Below, one piece after another: positions 7,896 to 17,355 of a stretch of 62,443 bases of DNA. This DNA comes from Nanobdellota archaeon (lineage in GTDB: Archaea; Nanobdellota; Nanobdellia; JAAOXT01), in contig JAAOXT010000024.1 of NCBI GenBank assembly GCA_018221045.1, positions 1 to 62,443 on the forward strand, given 5' to 3'. A program made the position numbers and the translations under genes. Positions within the stretch are counted from its first letter, which is position 1, and each line of letters opens with the position of its first letter. The notes below the pieces were generated by a model. That model ran no database searches and was not told the DNA's origin. It was given only the letters and a program-made list of their open reading frames with translations.

Positions 7896-9296
7896 ATGAC
7901 AAGTATACGCGCTAACCACCCCTTCAAAATAGAAATAACCCCTATAACATTCTTCGATATAACAGGAGAAAAAGTAGAGTGCGAGTACAACCCTGCTTCG
8001 TTGACAGCGTTCATAAGCGCGTACCTCGAAGGATTAGAGCAAGGCGAAGTCATCTGCTTTGAAAACGCTTACTACCAAGTGGACAAGATAACAGACTCAG
8101 AGGGACTCGAAAGACTTGACCGCGTTGCTCCCACATCGCTTGATAGCATAATAGTCAACGAAGAAATACCTTTAACCCGTTTAGAAAGTAGTGTAGGCGT
8201 TGTAAAAGTAAGTCTACTTCCACCGCATAAAAAAATAAAAGATGAACCTGAACTCGAGCGAGAAGTTCACAACGCGATGATAAAGTACTCATTATCACAA
8301 GAAAAAAAAATAGTGCGTGGAGGAAAATACTTATGTAAACTGTCCATTCCTGAAACCGCTTTCAAAATAGAAGAAATAATCTACAAAGCAAAACCCGCGC
8401 AGAGAATAAGCCCAGACAATGTAAGCGTGGCAATCATCCAAAACCCAACGACAATCAAAGGCGTTCCCGAACAAATAAGTGGTTACGCGCTAACAACAAA
8501 GCCAAGAATCAAGAAACGAGAACTAACGCTTGACGACATCATAGGGCAATCAGACTTAGTCGGAGAAATGAAACAAGTGGTTGACTACATGCAAGAACCC
8601 GAAAAATACGGGGAATGGGGTCCACGATCAATCCTCCTCCATGGCCCGCCCGGAAACGGGAAAACTTATGCGATTAGAATTCTAAAAAACCACTTGCCTG
8701 AAACACCTATCTTAAAAATAGGGTCGACAAGCCTAATAGGAAGCTTCGTAGGAACAACATCCCAAAACATAGAAACCCTTAAAGAGAGCCTGAAAAAAAT
8801 GGAAAAAGGAATCGTGTTCTTCGACGAATTCGAAAGCATAGGCCTGTCTAGAGACAACAGTTCGATAAGAGGAGACGTTCTGGAAACCGTTCCAGCAATG
8901 CTTGACCTCATATCAGAAATCACTTACTGGCAAAAACCGATAACAGTAATAGCTGCGACAAACATTCCAAAACAACTGGATTTCGCGGTCAACGACAGGT
9001 TCGGCCAAAAAATATTTGTCGGGAACCCGGACCAAAAAAGCGTGGAAAAATACTTTCAAACCTACATTCAACCAACCCTGCCAGGAACCCTAGAATTCCA
9101 AAAAATTGATTGGAGTGTCATAAGCAAAGAAATAGTTAAAAGAAAACTCTCTTTCAGACGAATAAAAGAAGCCGTATTCTCCCCCACGATAAGAACAAAA
9201 ATATTCAAGCAAGAAAAACAAATAACTCATGAAGACCTTCTTAAAATAATCAAAGAAACGAAGGCAGAAAAAATCCCAGAACACATTTACTCGTGA
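7896..9296 (+). CDS. AAA+ ATPase (archaeal COG1223-like) with an extended N-terminus
   Basis: TLDDIIGQ...EPEKYGEWGPRSILLHGPPGNGKT (Walker A), IVFFDEFE (Walker B), AATN..QLDFAVNDRF. Confidence 0.85.
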   Translation: MTSIRANHPFKIEITPITFFDITGEKVECEYNPASLTAFISAYLEGLEQGEVICFENAYYQVDKITDSEGLERLDRVAPTSLDSIIVNEEIPLTRLESSVGVVKVSLLPPHKKIKDEPELEREVHNAMIKYSLSQEKKIVRGGKYLCKLSIPETAFKIEEIIYKAKPAQRISPDNVSVAIIQNPTTIKGVPEQISGYALTTKPRIKKRELTLDDIIGQSDLVGEMKQVVDYMQEPEKYGEWGPRSILLHGPPGNGKTYAIRILKNHLPETPILKIGSTSLIGSFVGTTSQNIETLKESLKKMEKGIVFFDEFESIGLSRDNSSIRGDVLETVPAMLDLISEITYWQKPITVIAATNIPKQLDFAVNDRFGQKIFVGNPDQKSVEKYFQTYIQPTLPGTLEFQKIDWSVISKEIVKRKLSFRRIKEAVFSPTIRTKIFKQEKQITHEDLLKIIKETKAEKIPEHIYS

Positions 9297-9344
9297 AAAC
9301 TTTTTTAATAACACAAAAACCATTATTTCTCTAAAATAAAAAGA

Positions 9345-10781
9345 ATGGAAATACAAAAAATCAATGATTATGAGTGGAAAATCCCTAAAACTGGTGGGAT
9401 GAACGCGCCAGGAGTAGTGTTCGCGTCCAAAAAAATACTTGACAAAATGATGCAAGACAACACCTTGCAACAAGTCCAAAACGTGGCGCACCTACCAGGA
9501 ATACTCAAGCACTCAATCGTGCTCCCAGATGGTCATTGGGGGTACGGGTTCCCAATCGGCGGGGTCGCAGCGTTCGACGCCAAACAAGGTCTCATCAGCC
9601 CGGGAGGAGTGGGTTTTGACATCAACTGCGGGGTCAGGCTCGTGCGAACCAACCTGCAAAAAAAAGATGTGGACGCCAAGAAAATCAAAGAACTAATTGA
9701 TACTATGTTCACAAATATTCCATCAGGGCTCGGGTCAAAAGGCAAGATTCGAGTCAATCGAGATGAATTGGACGAAGTCCTATCTAACGGGGTGCAGTGG
9801 GCGGTCAATAAAGGGTATGGGTGGAAGACTGATGCAAAACATATTGAATCCGACGGGTGCCTAAAAAATAATGACCCTTCAAAAGTTTCGGACAGGGCGA
9901 AAACCCGGGGGATGCCACAACTCGGAAGCTTGGGCGCGGGAAACCACTTCGTCGAAATAGAGTACGTGCAAAAAATTGAGAACCCAGAGGTCGCGGAAGC
10001 GTTCGGACTAAAAGAAGGACAAATATGCGTTATGATACACACAGGCTCACGAGGATTAGGGCACCAAAACTGTTCGGACTACATTCGAGTCCTCGAACAA
10101 AGATTCAGCAAAGAAGTCAAGGAGTTGCCGGACCGACAACTCGTGTACGCTCCTTCTGGCACGCAAGAGTTCCATGATTATTTTAAGGCAATGAATTGCG
10201 CGGCAAACTATGCTTGGACCAACAGGCAAATGATAACTCATTGGACGCGACAATCATTCCAAAAAGTCTTTGGGCGAAGCGCCGAAGAACTCGATATGAG
10301 GATTGTGTACGACGTGGCGCACAACATTGCAAAACAAGAAACCCACGTGATTAACGGGGAAAAAATGGAAGTGATTGTGCACAGGAAAGGCGCTACCCGC
10401 GCGTTCCCGGCAGGGCACGAAGAAGTACCTGAAGCTTATAAGAAAGTGGGGCAACCAGTGTTAATCCCTGGACACATGGGTATTGGCTCGTGGGTATTGG
10501 TCGGCGTGCCTGAAGCCATGAACAAAACGTTCGGCTCCACTGCTCACGGCGCTGGCAGGGCGATGAGCAGGGGCAGGGCGAGACATACTTACCGTGGAGA
10601 ACAAATAAAAAAAGACTTGGCCAAATTAGGGATATACCTTCGCGCAGCCAGTTGGAAAGTGGTGTCAGAAGAAGCGCCTGGCAGTTACAAAGACTTGGAC
10701 GAAGTCGTAAGAGTATCGCACGAAATAGGAATCGCTCACAGGGTCGCGGGGTTAAGACCTTTAGGCGTAATGAAAGGATGA
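9345..10781 (+). CDS. rtcB: tRNA-splicing ligase RtcB
   Basis: PDGHWGYGFPIGGV, GFDINCGVR, GNHF, HTGSRG, HNIA, HRKGATRA, HGAGR, EEAPGSYKD. Confidence 0.98.
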   Translation: MEIQKINDYEWKIPKTGGMNAPGVVFASKKILDKMMQDNTLQQVQNVAHLPGILKHSIVLPDGHWGYGFPIGGVAAFDAKQGLISPGGVGFDINCGVRLVRTNLQKKDVDAKKIKELIDTMFTNIPSGLGSKGKIRVNRDELDEVLSNGVQWAVNKGYGWKTDAKHIESDGCLKNNDPSKVSDRAKTRGMPQLGSLGAGNHFVEIEYVQKIENPEVAEAFGLKEGQICVMIHTGSRGLGHQNCSDYIRVLEQRFSKEVKELPDRQLVYAPSGTQEFHDYFKAMNCAANYAWTNRQMITHWTRQSFQKVFGRSAEELDMRIVYDVAHNIAKQETHVINGEKMEVIVHRKGATRAFPAGHEEVPEAYKKVGQPVLIPGHMGIGSWVLVGVPEAMNKTFGSTAHGAGRAMSRGRARHTYRGEQIKKDLAKLGIYLRAASWKVVSEEAPGSYKDLDEVVRVSHEIGIAHRVAGLRPLGVMKG

Positions 10782-10782
10782 A

Positions 10783-11418
10783 TTACGCGTACTGAAAAAC
10801 CGAATCAGAAAAACCCTCAATCTTATCAACGCACTCTTCACAGAAAAAATCATCCTCTGGCGTTATAGTCCTATAGTTCATCAAACAATCAGGATGATGG
10901 TTTAACCCAAGAAGATGGCCGACCTCATGAGTAAAAATGTTATGCATGTCATCTCTAATTCCTTGCTTGAAAAGCCTATCATTTAAGTTATCCCAATCGA
11001 GATTCCGTGTCCAAACATAAGCAGACCTATTCTCAAAAGAAGAAAACCCTCCGTCAACGAGTTTTCCACCAAAACAACGAATGAAATAACCTTTATGAGA
11101 GTTTCCACCTCCATAAACAGTTTCCACGTGAGACTCAGTCATGATTAACGCGTCAGTTAGAAAAACGTTAGGGTAACCGAAAAAAATTGAATTCGTGGGA
11201 AGGCTTTTAACCACTTCTTCTCTCAAAAAATTTTCTTTCCCTTCAACTAACTGCCAAACCCCAAGACGCCTGTCCTCAAAAACGTTTTCAGAAAGCGTCT
11301 TAACAACGTATTCGTCAGCCAACTTTTTAGGAAACAATTGTTCAATATAACTGGTTAAACCCTGCCCGTCAAGCCCATCATCATTCACAATTAAACCCAG
11401 TTTTTTAAGAATCGCCAA
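10783..11418 (-). CDS. Archaemetzincin-like zinc metalloprotease
   Basis: HEVGHLLGLNH zinc motif followed by CLM and CEEC. Confidence 0.8.
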   Translation of the reverse strand: MAILKKLGLIVNDDGLDGQGLTSYIEQLFPKKLADEYVVKTLSENVFEDRRLGVWQLVEGKENFLREEVVKSLPTNSIFFGYPNVFLTDALIMTESHVETVYGGGNSHKGYFIRCFGGKLVDGGFSSFENRSAYVWTRNLDWDNLNDRLFKQGIRDDMHNIFTHEVGHLLGLNHHPDCLMNYRTITPEDDFFCEECVDKIEGFSDSVFQYA

Positions 11419-11424
11419 AACAAA

Positions 11425-12549
11425 TCACCTCACAATTGTCGGCAAAACCTTTTCACCGCAACGCTCACACCTAAAAATTTGTAATTCATAATCCCAAACA
11501 TTGTTTGGTCCTAGCACGAAATTATCGGGATCCGGCATGTCAACATCTACGCTGACTCGCCCACCCAAATCGTCTAAGGAAAACTTTTTCTTCGGGGTTG
11601 TCGCGAACTCGTAATGAACAGCGTTCAAAACCCCAATAGGGGACAACTCTCCTCTGCAACCCGTGTCTAAATGAATGCTCGGGTAAGAAACTCTATCTCT
11701 AGGCGTTACGCCGAGCAAAGGAATTTGCTTCGCAACTGGGTACGAATCATCCAAGCCAGACGCTGAGTGAAGAACAGTGAAACTTCTTCCACGAGGCTTA
11801 CCGTTCCGAAGTTCTTTTCGCTCGCTTGAACGCATCAACCCATGCTTAATCAACGCTTCCTGCCTGAACACAATCATTTGCTCCAAAACAGAAGCGTTAA
11901 CTAAACCAGTTCTAGCATTGAAAGAATCCAGCAAGTTACGACCCACACTTCTCCTAGGCTTTAATTCCCATTCACCAATGAAAGAATTGTTTTCAACATT
12001 CATGGAGAACAAGTCAAGCAAAAACTTTTTCTTAACCTTGCCTACACCCCGGCTTTTGGAGAAAGCGTAAACGTCTGGAAGAATGTGCTCTCTTTTCTCC
12101 ATCCTATCATCAGTCATTTGTTCTGAAGTAATTAAATCATCCAAAGGGTAATCAACTTTTTTCTTAGTTGCTAAACCTAATCTTGCCAAGAAGTCCAGGC
12201 AAAAACCTGTCGTGGAAACAGACTTGTTCAAAAGCAGTGCTTGAGCGTTCGTGGTGACCGCCAAACCCTTACCTTTCACGGGAGGCAGGGCTAGGTATTG
12301 CTCAATGAGTTCAGCGCCAGTAGGGATGCGGGAAAAACTGGACAAACCTTTAGAACGCTGGTAAAAATTTTCCCACGAATCCTGACTCATCAGTAAAGGA
12401 GTCTCGCTCATGCCCGCCTCAACAAACTTATGGATGCCAGGGTAAGAATGAATCAAAGACCTATCCCCTTCATACAACGCTTGGAGAGATAAAGGGCTGA
12501 GCTTGCTTAAGAGTTTAGAATCCCACCTCAATAAATTCTCCCAGTTCAT
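11425..12549 (-). CDS. Hypothetical protein with a C-terminal CxxC (Zn-ribbon-like)
   Basis: 374-aa ORF between the nuclease and protease genes; ends RCERCGEK; no other recognisable motif. Confidence 0.6.
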   Translation of the reverse strand: MNWENLLRWDSKLLSKLSPLSLQALYEGDRSLIHSYPGIHKFVEAGMSETPLLMSQDSWENFYQRSKGLSSFSRIPTGAELIEQYLALPPVKGKGLAVTTNAQALLLNKSVSTTGFCLDFLARLGLATKKKVDYPLDDLITSEQMTDDRMEKREHILPDVYAFSKSRGVGKVKKKFLLDLFSMNVENNSFIGEWELKPRRSVGRNLLDSFNARTGLVNASVLEQMIVFRQEALIKHGLMRSSERKELRNGKPRGRSFTVLHSASGLDDSYPVAKQIPLLGVTPRDRVSYPSIHLDTGCRGELSPIGVLNAVHYEFATTPKKKFSLDDLGGRVSVDVDMPDPDNFVLGPNNVWDYELQIFRCERCGEKVLPTIVR

Positions 12550-13367
12550 TTCAACCTCCGAGCAATCTCGTCAACCGGAACCTTAAAAACATGGTCTTCA
12601 AAACAAAAATCGTCACCTTTTTTAATAGTCGTGAGGGTGAACTCGTGCTCGTAAACACTTTTGCCAGCTTTTTTCAGCCCGGCAACGTAATCATACATTC
12701 TCTTTTTAACCTCTGGCAAAAAATCGTTTCCAGGCAGGCGAGTCTTGAAATCAACGACTCTTAAACCCCACGGCCAAGGCTCGAGCTTATCAATAACCCC
12801 TCCTTTAACAGGAACCTCCCAAAAACTTGGCTCGGGGAAAATGGTCGTGTAATCCTTAGGAATACCATAATCTTCACATTCTTCAGCAAAATCGTCAATT
12901 CTTCTTTTATTGTAATTGACCTTAGCTTCAATGAACTGGTCAACATCAAAACCAGTCAATAACTCATCTGGGAAAATCTTGCCCCCAGTCAAAGCCTCAA
13001 AACCTCCTTCCTTTTCGAGTAAGGGTTTGATTCCAAGGAGTTTGCCATGCACGAACTCGTCTTCACTAACCAAGGGGAGGAAACCAACGTTCTCGGCGTG
13101 AGCAAAAGAAGAGCTCAACCTAACAGAATTTTCTTTATCGCGCCAGCAAAGCTGAGGAAAACCAATAAAAGAAATTTTCAAATCCTGTTTAAACTCTTCA
13201 GGACTACACGTCCTATTATCGTAAGCAATAACGTTCTCCAACCTACCCACGCCCTGTAGTAAAGCGTGGTAAAAACGTCCCCTTAATCGTTCCATAACAA
13301 AAATAGACGAAAAACAGTTTTTTAAGACTTTCCTTTTAACACATATTAGTTCCCAAAAATTCATCAT
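12546..13367 (-). CDS. PD-(D/E)xK nuclease-like protein (RecB/Cas4-like, no Fe-S Cys cluster)
   Basis: GVIDKL...VVDFKT...RMYDY fits motifs II/III/IV; upstream QLCWRD...FAHAE. Confidence 0.65.
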   Translation of the reverse strand: MMNFWELICVKRKVLKNCFSSIFVMERLRGRFYHALLQGVGRLENVIAYDNRTCSPEEFKQDLKISFIGFPQLCWRDKENSVRLSSSFAHAENVGFLPLVSEDEFVHGKLLGIKPLLEKEGGFEALTGGKIFPDELLTGFDVDQFIEAKVNYNKRRIDDFAEECEDYGIPKDYTTIFPEPSFWEVPVKGGVIDKLEPWPWGLRVVDFKTRLPGNDFLPEVKKRMYDYVAGLKKAGKSVYEHEFTLTTIKKGDDFCFEDHVFKVPVDEIARRLK

Positions 13368-13449
13368 CCAAAAAAATCTTTACTAATCTCCTTTTCGCGG
13401 CGGGAACAGAACAAACAAAAGCGTGTTTGATAAGTTTCAATCCATAATG

Positions 13450-13457
13450 TTTATAAA
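13450..13457 (+). promoter_or_regulatory. TATA box of the ribosomal superoperon
   Basis: TTTATAAA about 120 nt upstream of rpl3. Confidence 0.55.
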
Positions 13458-13573
13458 TAGTCTATTTTGATTATTGGTAGAAGCCGCAAACTCACTCGAA
13501 GGCTGAAAGAGAGGGGAAACGGGATAGAGTTAGAATTCCCAAAAAGAATTCAAAAAAAAAATTGTGAGGTCGT

Positions 13574-14509
13574 ATGGCACACCAAATAGGAAAAAGACAC
13601 TCTCCAAGAAGAGGCTCAATGGCCTATTGGCCAAGAAAAAGAGCTAAAAGAATCTACCCTAGAATTAAGAACTGGGGAACCTCCAATCAAACAAGCGTCC
13701 TAGGGTTCGCGGCATACAAAGCAGGCATGACACACATCATGATCAACGACAACCGAAAGCACAGCCCCACAAAAAACATGGAAATCAGTGTTCCCGCAAC
13801 CATTCTCGAAACCCCCTCCCTCAACGTCATCGCACTCAAATTCTACAAAAACCAGAAAACAATCAACCAAATCTTCTCCGACAAACTCGACAAAAAACTC
13901 AAAAGAAAAATTTTGCTGCCCAAAAAAAAAGAAACCAAAACAGTCGAAGACTGCGACGAAGTAAGACTTCTGGTCAGCACAAACCCTTCCTTCAAAAAAA
14001 CTCCTGAAATATTCGAACTAGGAATCGGCGGAAAAAACATCCAAGAAAAAATGGTTTACGCCAAAGAACTGTTAGGAAAACAAATCAACATTAACGACGT
14101 GTTCAAAGAAGGAGAACAAATCGATACGATAGCGATAACCAAAGGAAAAGGTTTTCAAGGCTCGGTAAAGCGCTTCGGCGTCGCCATAATGCAAGCAAAA
14201 TCCGAAAAAACCAAACGAGCTGCGGGAACCATAGGACACTTCACTCCAGCCAGAACAAGACACACAACACCCCAATTCGGGCAAATGGGATTCCATCGCA
14301 GAACAGAATACAATAAATGGGTGCTCAAAATAGGGGAAGCTGACATTACACCAAAAAGCGGTTTCAAAAACTACGGTCAAATCAAAGGCAAATACTTACT
14401 CGTAAAAGGAAGCGTGCAAGGACCCAGAAAAAGGTTAATCATGCTAAGAAAACCTGTAAGACAACAAAAACAATTGCCACCCCCTGAAATCAATGAGGTA
14501 ATCCAATGA
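13574..14509 (+). CDS. rpl3: 50S ribosomal protein L3 (uL3)
   Basis: PRRGSMAYWPRKRA, YKAGMTH, TKGKGFQG, GQMGFHRRTEYNK. Confidence 0.98.
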   Translation: MAHQIGKRHSPRRGSMAYWPRKRAKRIYPRIKNWGTSNQTSVLGFAAYKAGMTHIMINDNRKHSPTKNMEISVPATILETPSLNVIALKFYKNQKTINQIFSDKLDKKLKRKILLPKKKETKTVEDCDEVRLLVSTNPSFKKTPEIFELGIGGKNIQEKMVYAKELLGKQININDVFKEGEQIDTIAITKGKGFQGSVKRFGVAIMQAKSEKTKRAAGTIGHFTPARTRHTTPQFGQMGFHRRTEYNKWVLKIGEADITPKSGFKNYGQIKGKYLLVKGSVQGPRKRLIMLRKPVRQQKQLPPPEINEVIQ

Positions 14510-15339
14510 AACCAAAATTATACTCTATAACCGGCAAAATAACAGCTAAAAAAGTGGTTGTGCCAAAACAATTCAACGAACCTTACAACCCAGTCATAAT
14601 CAAAAGAGCAGTCATATCCGAACAATCATTAGAATACCAGCCCCAAGGCAGGGATCCGAAAGCAGGCCTAAAACACAGCACGCGATGGTACAAAAGAAGA
14701 CAAAGAAAGTGGAGAACCACGTATAACCAAGGAATAAGCAGGACGCCAAGAAAAATAATGGGAAGAATTGGGGGCGGCTGGCTCGGAGTCATGAGATTCC
14801 GCCTGTTCAAAGGCGCTGAAGCCCCTAACACAGTTAAAGGCAGGCGCTCAAACCCTCCTAAAAGCGAGAAAATCATTGTCAAAAAAATCAACAATAAAGA
14901 ATACAAAAAAGCTATTAGAAGCGCTATAAACGCGACCACACTGCTAGACATAGTTCAAAAAAGAGGGCACAAAACCAGTGAAGCCTTCATGGTTCTTGAA
15001 AGCCAAGCAGAAAAAATTGATAAAACCCAAAAAGTCGTGAAACTACTTGAATCCATTGGGTTAAAACAAGAACTGGAAAGATCAGCGGTTAAAAGAATCA
15101 GGGCTGGCAAAGGCAAAATGCGCGGAAGAAAATACAAAAAAGCGGTTGGACCACTAATAGTGGTTTCAAGCTCTGAAACAGGATTGATGAAAAGCGCGAA
15201 GAACGTTCCAGGAGTCGAAGTAACCCCTGTAAACGAGTTAAACGCCAAAAAACTAGCTCCAGGAACCCACGCGGGAAGACTGACCTTGTGGACAGAACAA
15301 TCACTTAAAAAAATGGAAGAAGAGGGACTGTACGCATGA
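14506..15339 (+). CDS. rpl4: 50S ribosomal protein L4 (uL4)
   Basis: RAGKGKMRGRKY, LAPGTHAGRLTLWT; operon position. Confidence 0.96.
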   Translation: MKPKLYSITGKITAKKVVVPKQFNEPYNPVIIKRAVISEQSLEYQPQGRDPKAGLKHSTRWYKRRQRKWRTTYNQGISRTPRKIMGRIGGGWLGVMRFRLFKGAEAPNTVKGRRSNPPKSEKIIVKKINNKEYKKAIRSAINATTLLDIVQKRGHKTSEAFMVLESQAEKIDKTQKVVKLLESIGLKQELERSAVKRIRAGKGKMRGRKYKKAVGPLIVVSSSETGLMKSAKNVPGVEVTPVNELNAKKLAPGTHAGRLTLWTEQSLKKMEEEGLYA

Positions 15340-15596
15340 ACGAATTCCAAATCCTAAAATACGCGCTGGCAACAGAAAAAGCTGTGCGAATCATGGAATC
15401 CCAAAACGTGATCATGTTCGTCGTGGACTCGAAAGCAAACAAAAACCAAATCAAAAAAGCTTTCGAAACACTGTTCAAAACCAGAGCAAGCAAAGTAAGA
15501 ATAGTTAACGACAGAAAAGGAAGAAAAAAAGCTTACATAACGTTACCAAAAGACCAGTTCGCCTTGGACGTGGCCACAAAACTAGGAATAATATGA
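15336..15596 (+). CDS. rpl23: 50S ribosomal protein L23 (uL23)
   Basis: TEKAVRIMESQN, KKAYITL, DVATKLGII. Confidence 0.96.
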   Translation: MNEFQILKYALATEKAVRIMESQNVIMFVVDSKANKNQIKKAFETLFKTRASKVRIVNDRKGRKKAYITLPKDQFALDVATKLGII

Positions 15597-15607
15597 GGAC
15601 AAAATAA

Positions 15608-16327
15608 ATGCCGGTAAGAGCGAAAACACAAAGAAGAGGGGCTGGAAAGCCAAGATTCCTAGCTCCCAGCCACAGGTGGGCGGGAAAAGTCAGTTACAGG
15701 TCTTATGACGACCAAGAAAAAAACGGTGAAGTCCAAGGCAGAATAGTATCTATAATTAATGACCCTGGAAGAACGTCACCACTTATGATAATCAAATACG
15801 GGAGCCAGAAAACCCTGCAATGCGCTGTAGAAGGCTCTTACGTAGGAATGAAAGTTCAAACAGGAGTGAAAGCTGAAATAAAAAACGCTAACGTGATACC
15901 ATTAGAAAAAATACCTGAAGGAACCAAGATATGCAACATAGAACTCAAACCAGGAGACGGCGGAAAACTAATCAGAAGCGCCGGGTCAAGCGCTAAAATA
16001 CTCTCGCACGAAGAAGGAAAAGTGTTCGTTCAACTCCCATCCAAAAAAGTAAAAATCCTGAACCCAAAATGCAGGGCAATGATAGGCCGCATCGCGGGCG
16101 CAGGATTCAAAGAAAAACCATTACTCAAAGCAGGTAAAAACTTTTATGCTCGCAGAAGAAGAGGCAAGTACTGGCCAGTCGTGTCAGGAACTGCCATGAA
16201 CGCTTTCGAACACCCACAAGGGGGAGGGGGGAGCAGTGGTCACAAACAAAAAGCTGTTAAAAGAACGGCATCACTTAAGCTGGGAAGCATAGCTCCGAGC
16301 AGAACAGGAAGGAGGAAAAGAAAGTAA
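15608..16327 (+). CDS. rpl2: 50S ribosomal protein L2 (uL2)
   Basis: DPGRTSP, PGDGGKLIRSAG, AMNAFEHPQGGG. Confidence 0.98.
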   Translation: MPVRAKTQRRGAGKPRFLAPSHRWAGKVSYRSYDDQEKNGEVQGRIVSIINDPGRTSPLMIIKYGSQKTLQCAVEGSYVGMKVQTGVKAEIKNANVIPLEKIPEGTKICNIELKPGDGGKLIRSAGSSAKILSHEEGKVFVQLPSKKVKILNPKCRAMIGRIAGAGFKEKPLLKAGKNFYARRRRGKYWPVVSGTAMNAFEHPQGGGGSSGHKQKAVKRTASLKLGSIAPSRTGRRKRK

Positions 16328-16330
16328 AAA

Positions 16331-16714
16331 ATGAAAACCAAAGACTTCACTTACAAAGGATACTCGCTAGAAGAACTGCAAAACATGAGCGTGGACCAAG
16401 TAAGCAAACTAATGAAGACAAACGCGAGAAGATTCCTGAAAAGAGGGCTGAAAACAAAGCACAAAGACCTGCTCAAAAAAATTCGGACCAAAGAAAAACC
16501 GGTTAAAACTCACTTAAGAGAAATGGTGGTGCTACCAGTAATGGTTGGCAAGACGATAAGGGTTCATGATGGCAAAGAATTCGTGCCCTTAGAAATCAAA
16601 CCAAAAATGATCGGGCATCGCATAGGAGAATTCGTGGACACCAGAAAAAGAATAAGGCACGGAGCACCAGGAGTGGGCGCGACAAGATCAAGCATGTTCG
16701 TACCAATAAAGTAA
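16331..16714 (+). CDS. rps19: 30S ribosomal protein S19 (uS19)
   Basis: KTHLREM, MIGHRIGEF, HGAPGVGATRSS. Confidence 0.97.
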   Translation: MKTKDFTYKGYSLEELQNMSVDQVSKLMKTNARRFLKRGLKTKHKDLLKKIRTKEKPVKTHLREMVVLPVMVGKTIRVHDGKEFVPLEIKPKMIGHRIGEFVDTRKRIRHGAPGVGATRSSMFVPIK

Positions 16715-16731
16715 AGGAAAAAAAAAATATT

Positions 16732-17355
16732 ATGGCGTGGAAATACTCGTATCAAAAAAAATGGGATGAAAACACGATGGCAAAAGCAGTAGGCACGTTC
16801 CTGCCGATAAGCCCCAAAGTGACTAGAGAAATCTGCGCGCACATAAAAAACAGAAAAGCGCTGAGCGCCATCATGACTCTAGAAAGAGTCATAAAAAAGC
16901 AAGAAGCCGTACCCTACAAAAGATACAACAAGGACAGGGCGCACAGAAGAGGAATGATGTCAGGAGGTTACCCCGTCAAAGCAAGTAAACATGTCATACT
17001 AGTAATCCAAAACGCAATCGCAAACGCGCAAAACAAAGGGCTTGACGAAAACTACCTCAAAATCATGCACGCTGTCACGCACAGAGCGATAAGTAAAGAA
17101 AGAAGAAGAGGAAAATACGCGCACGTAGAAATAATAGTGGAAGAGCAAGAAGCGGAAAAACCCAAGAAAACAAGAAAAAAAGAAGAAAAACCGAAAACAG
17201 AACCTAAAAAAACAGAAGCAAAAATCGAAATAATCAAACCGAAGTCTCATCCAAGCGTGAAAGAGGGAATTAAAAAAATACAAGAAAAAACTCCGAAAAC
17301 ACAACCCCAATCGAAGAAAGAAAAACCAAAACAAAAAGAGGAGGTCAAGAAATGA
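16732..17355 (+). CDS. rpl22: 50S ribosomal protein L22 (uL22) with a Lys/Glu-rich C-terminal tail
   Basis: ISPKVTREIC, GGYPVKAS; about 70-aa low-complexity tail. Confidence 0.95.
   Translation: MAWKYSYQKKWDENTMAKAVGTFLPISPKVTREICAHIKNRKALSAIMTLERVIKKQEAVPYKRYNKDRAHRRGMMSGGYPVKASKHVILVIQNAIANAQNKGLDENYLKIMHAVTHRAISKERRRGKYAHVEIIVEEQEAEKPKKTRKKEEKPKTEPKKTEAKIEIIKPKSHPSVKEGIKKIQEKTPKTQPQSKKEKPKQKEEVKK
17176..17211 (+). repeat. 36-nt exact direct repeat, copy 1 (in the rpl22 tail)
   Basis: AAAAAAGAAGAAAAACCGAAAACAGAACCTAAAAAA encoding KKEEKPKTEPKK; identical to 18009-18044. Confidence 0.9.

Noticed and set aside
12546-13367. Cas4/CRISPR locus
   Set aside because: The PD-(D/E)xK protein lacks the Cas4 Fe-S Cys cluster, and no cas1/cas2 or regularly spaced repeat array is visible in the window.
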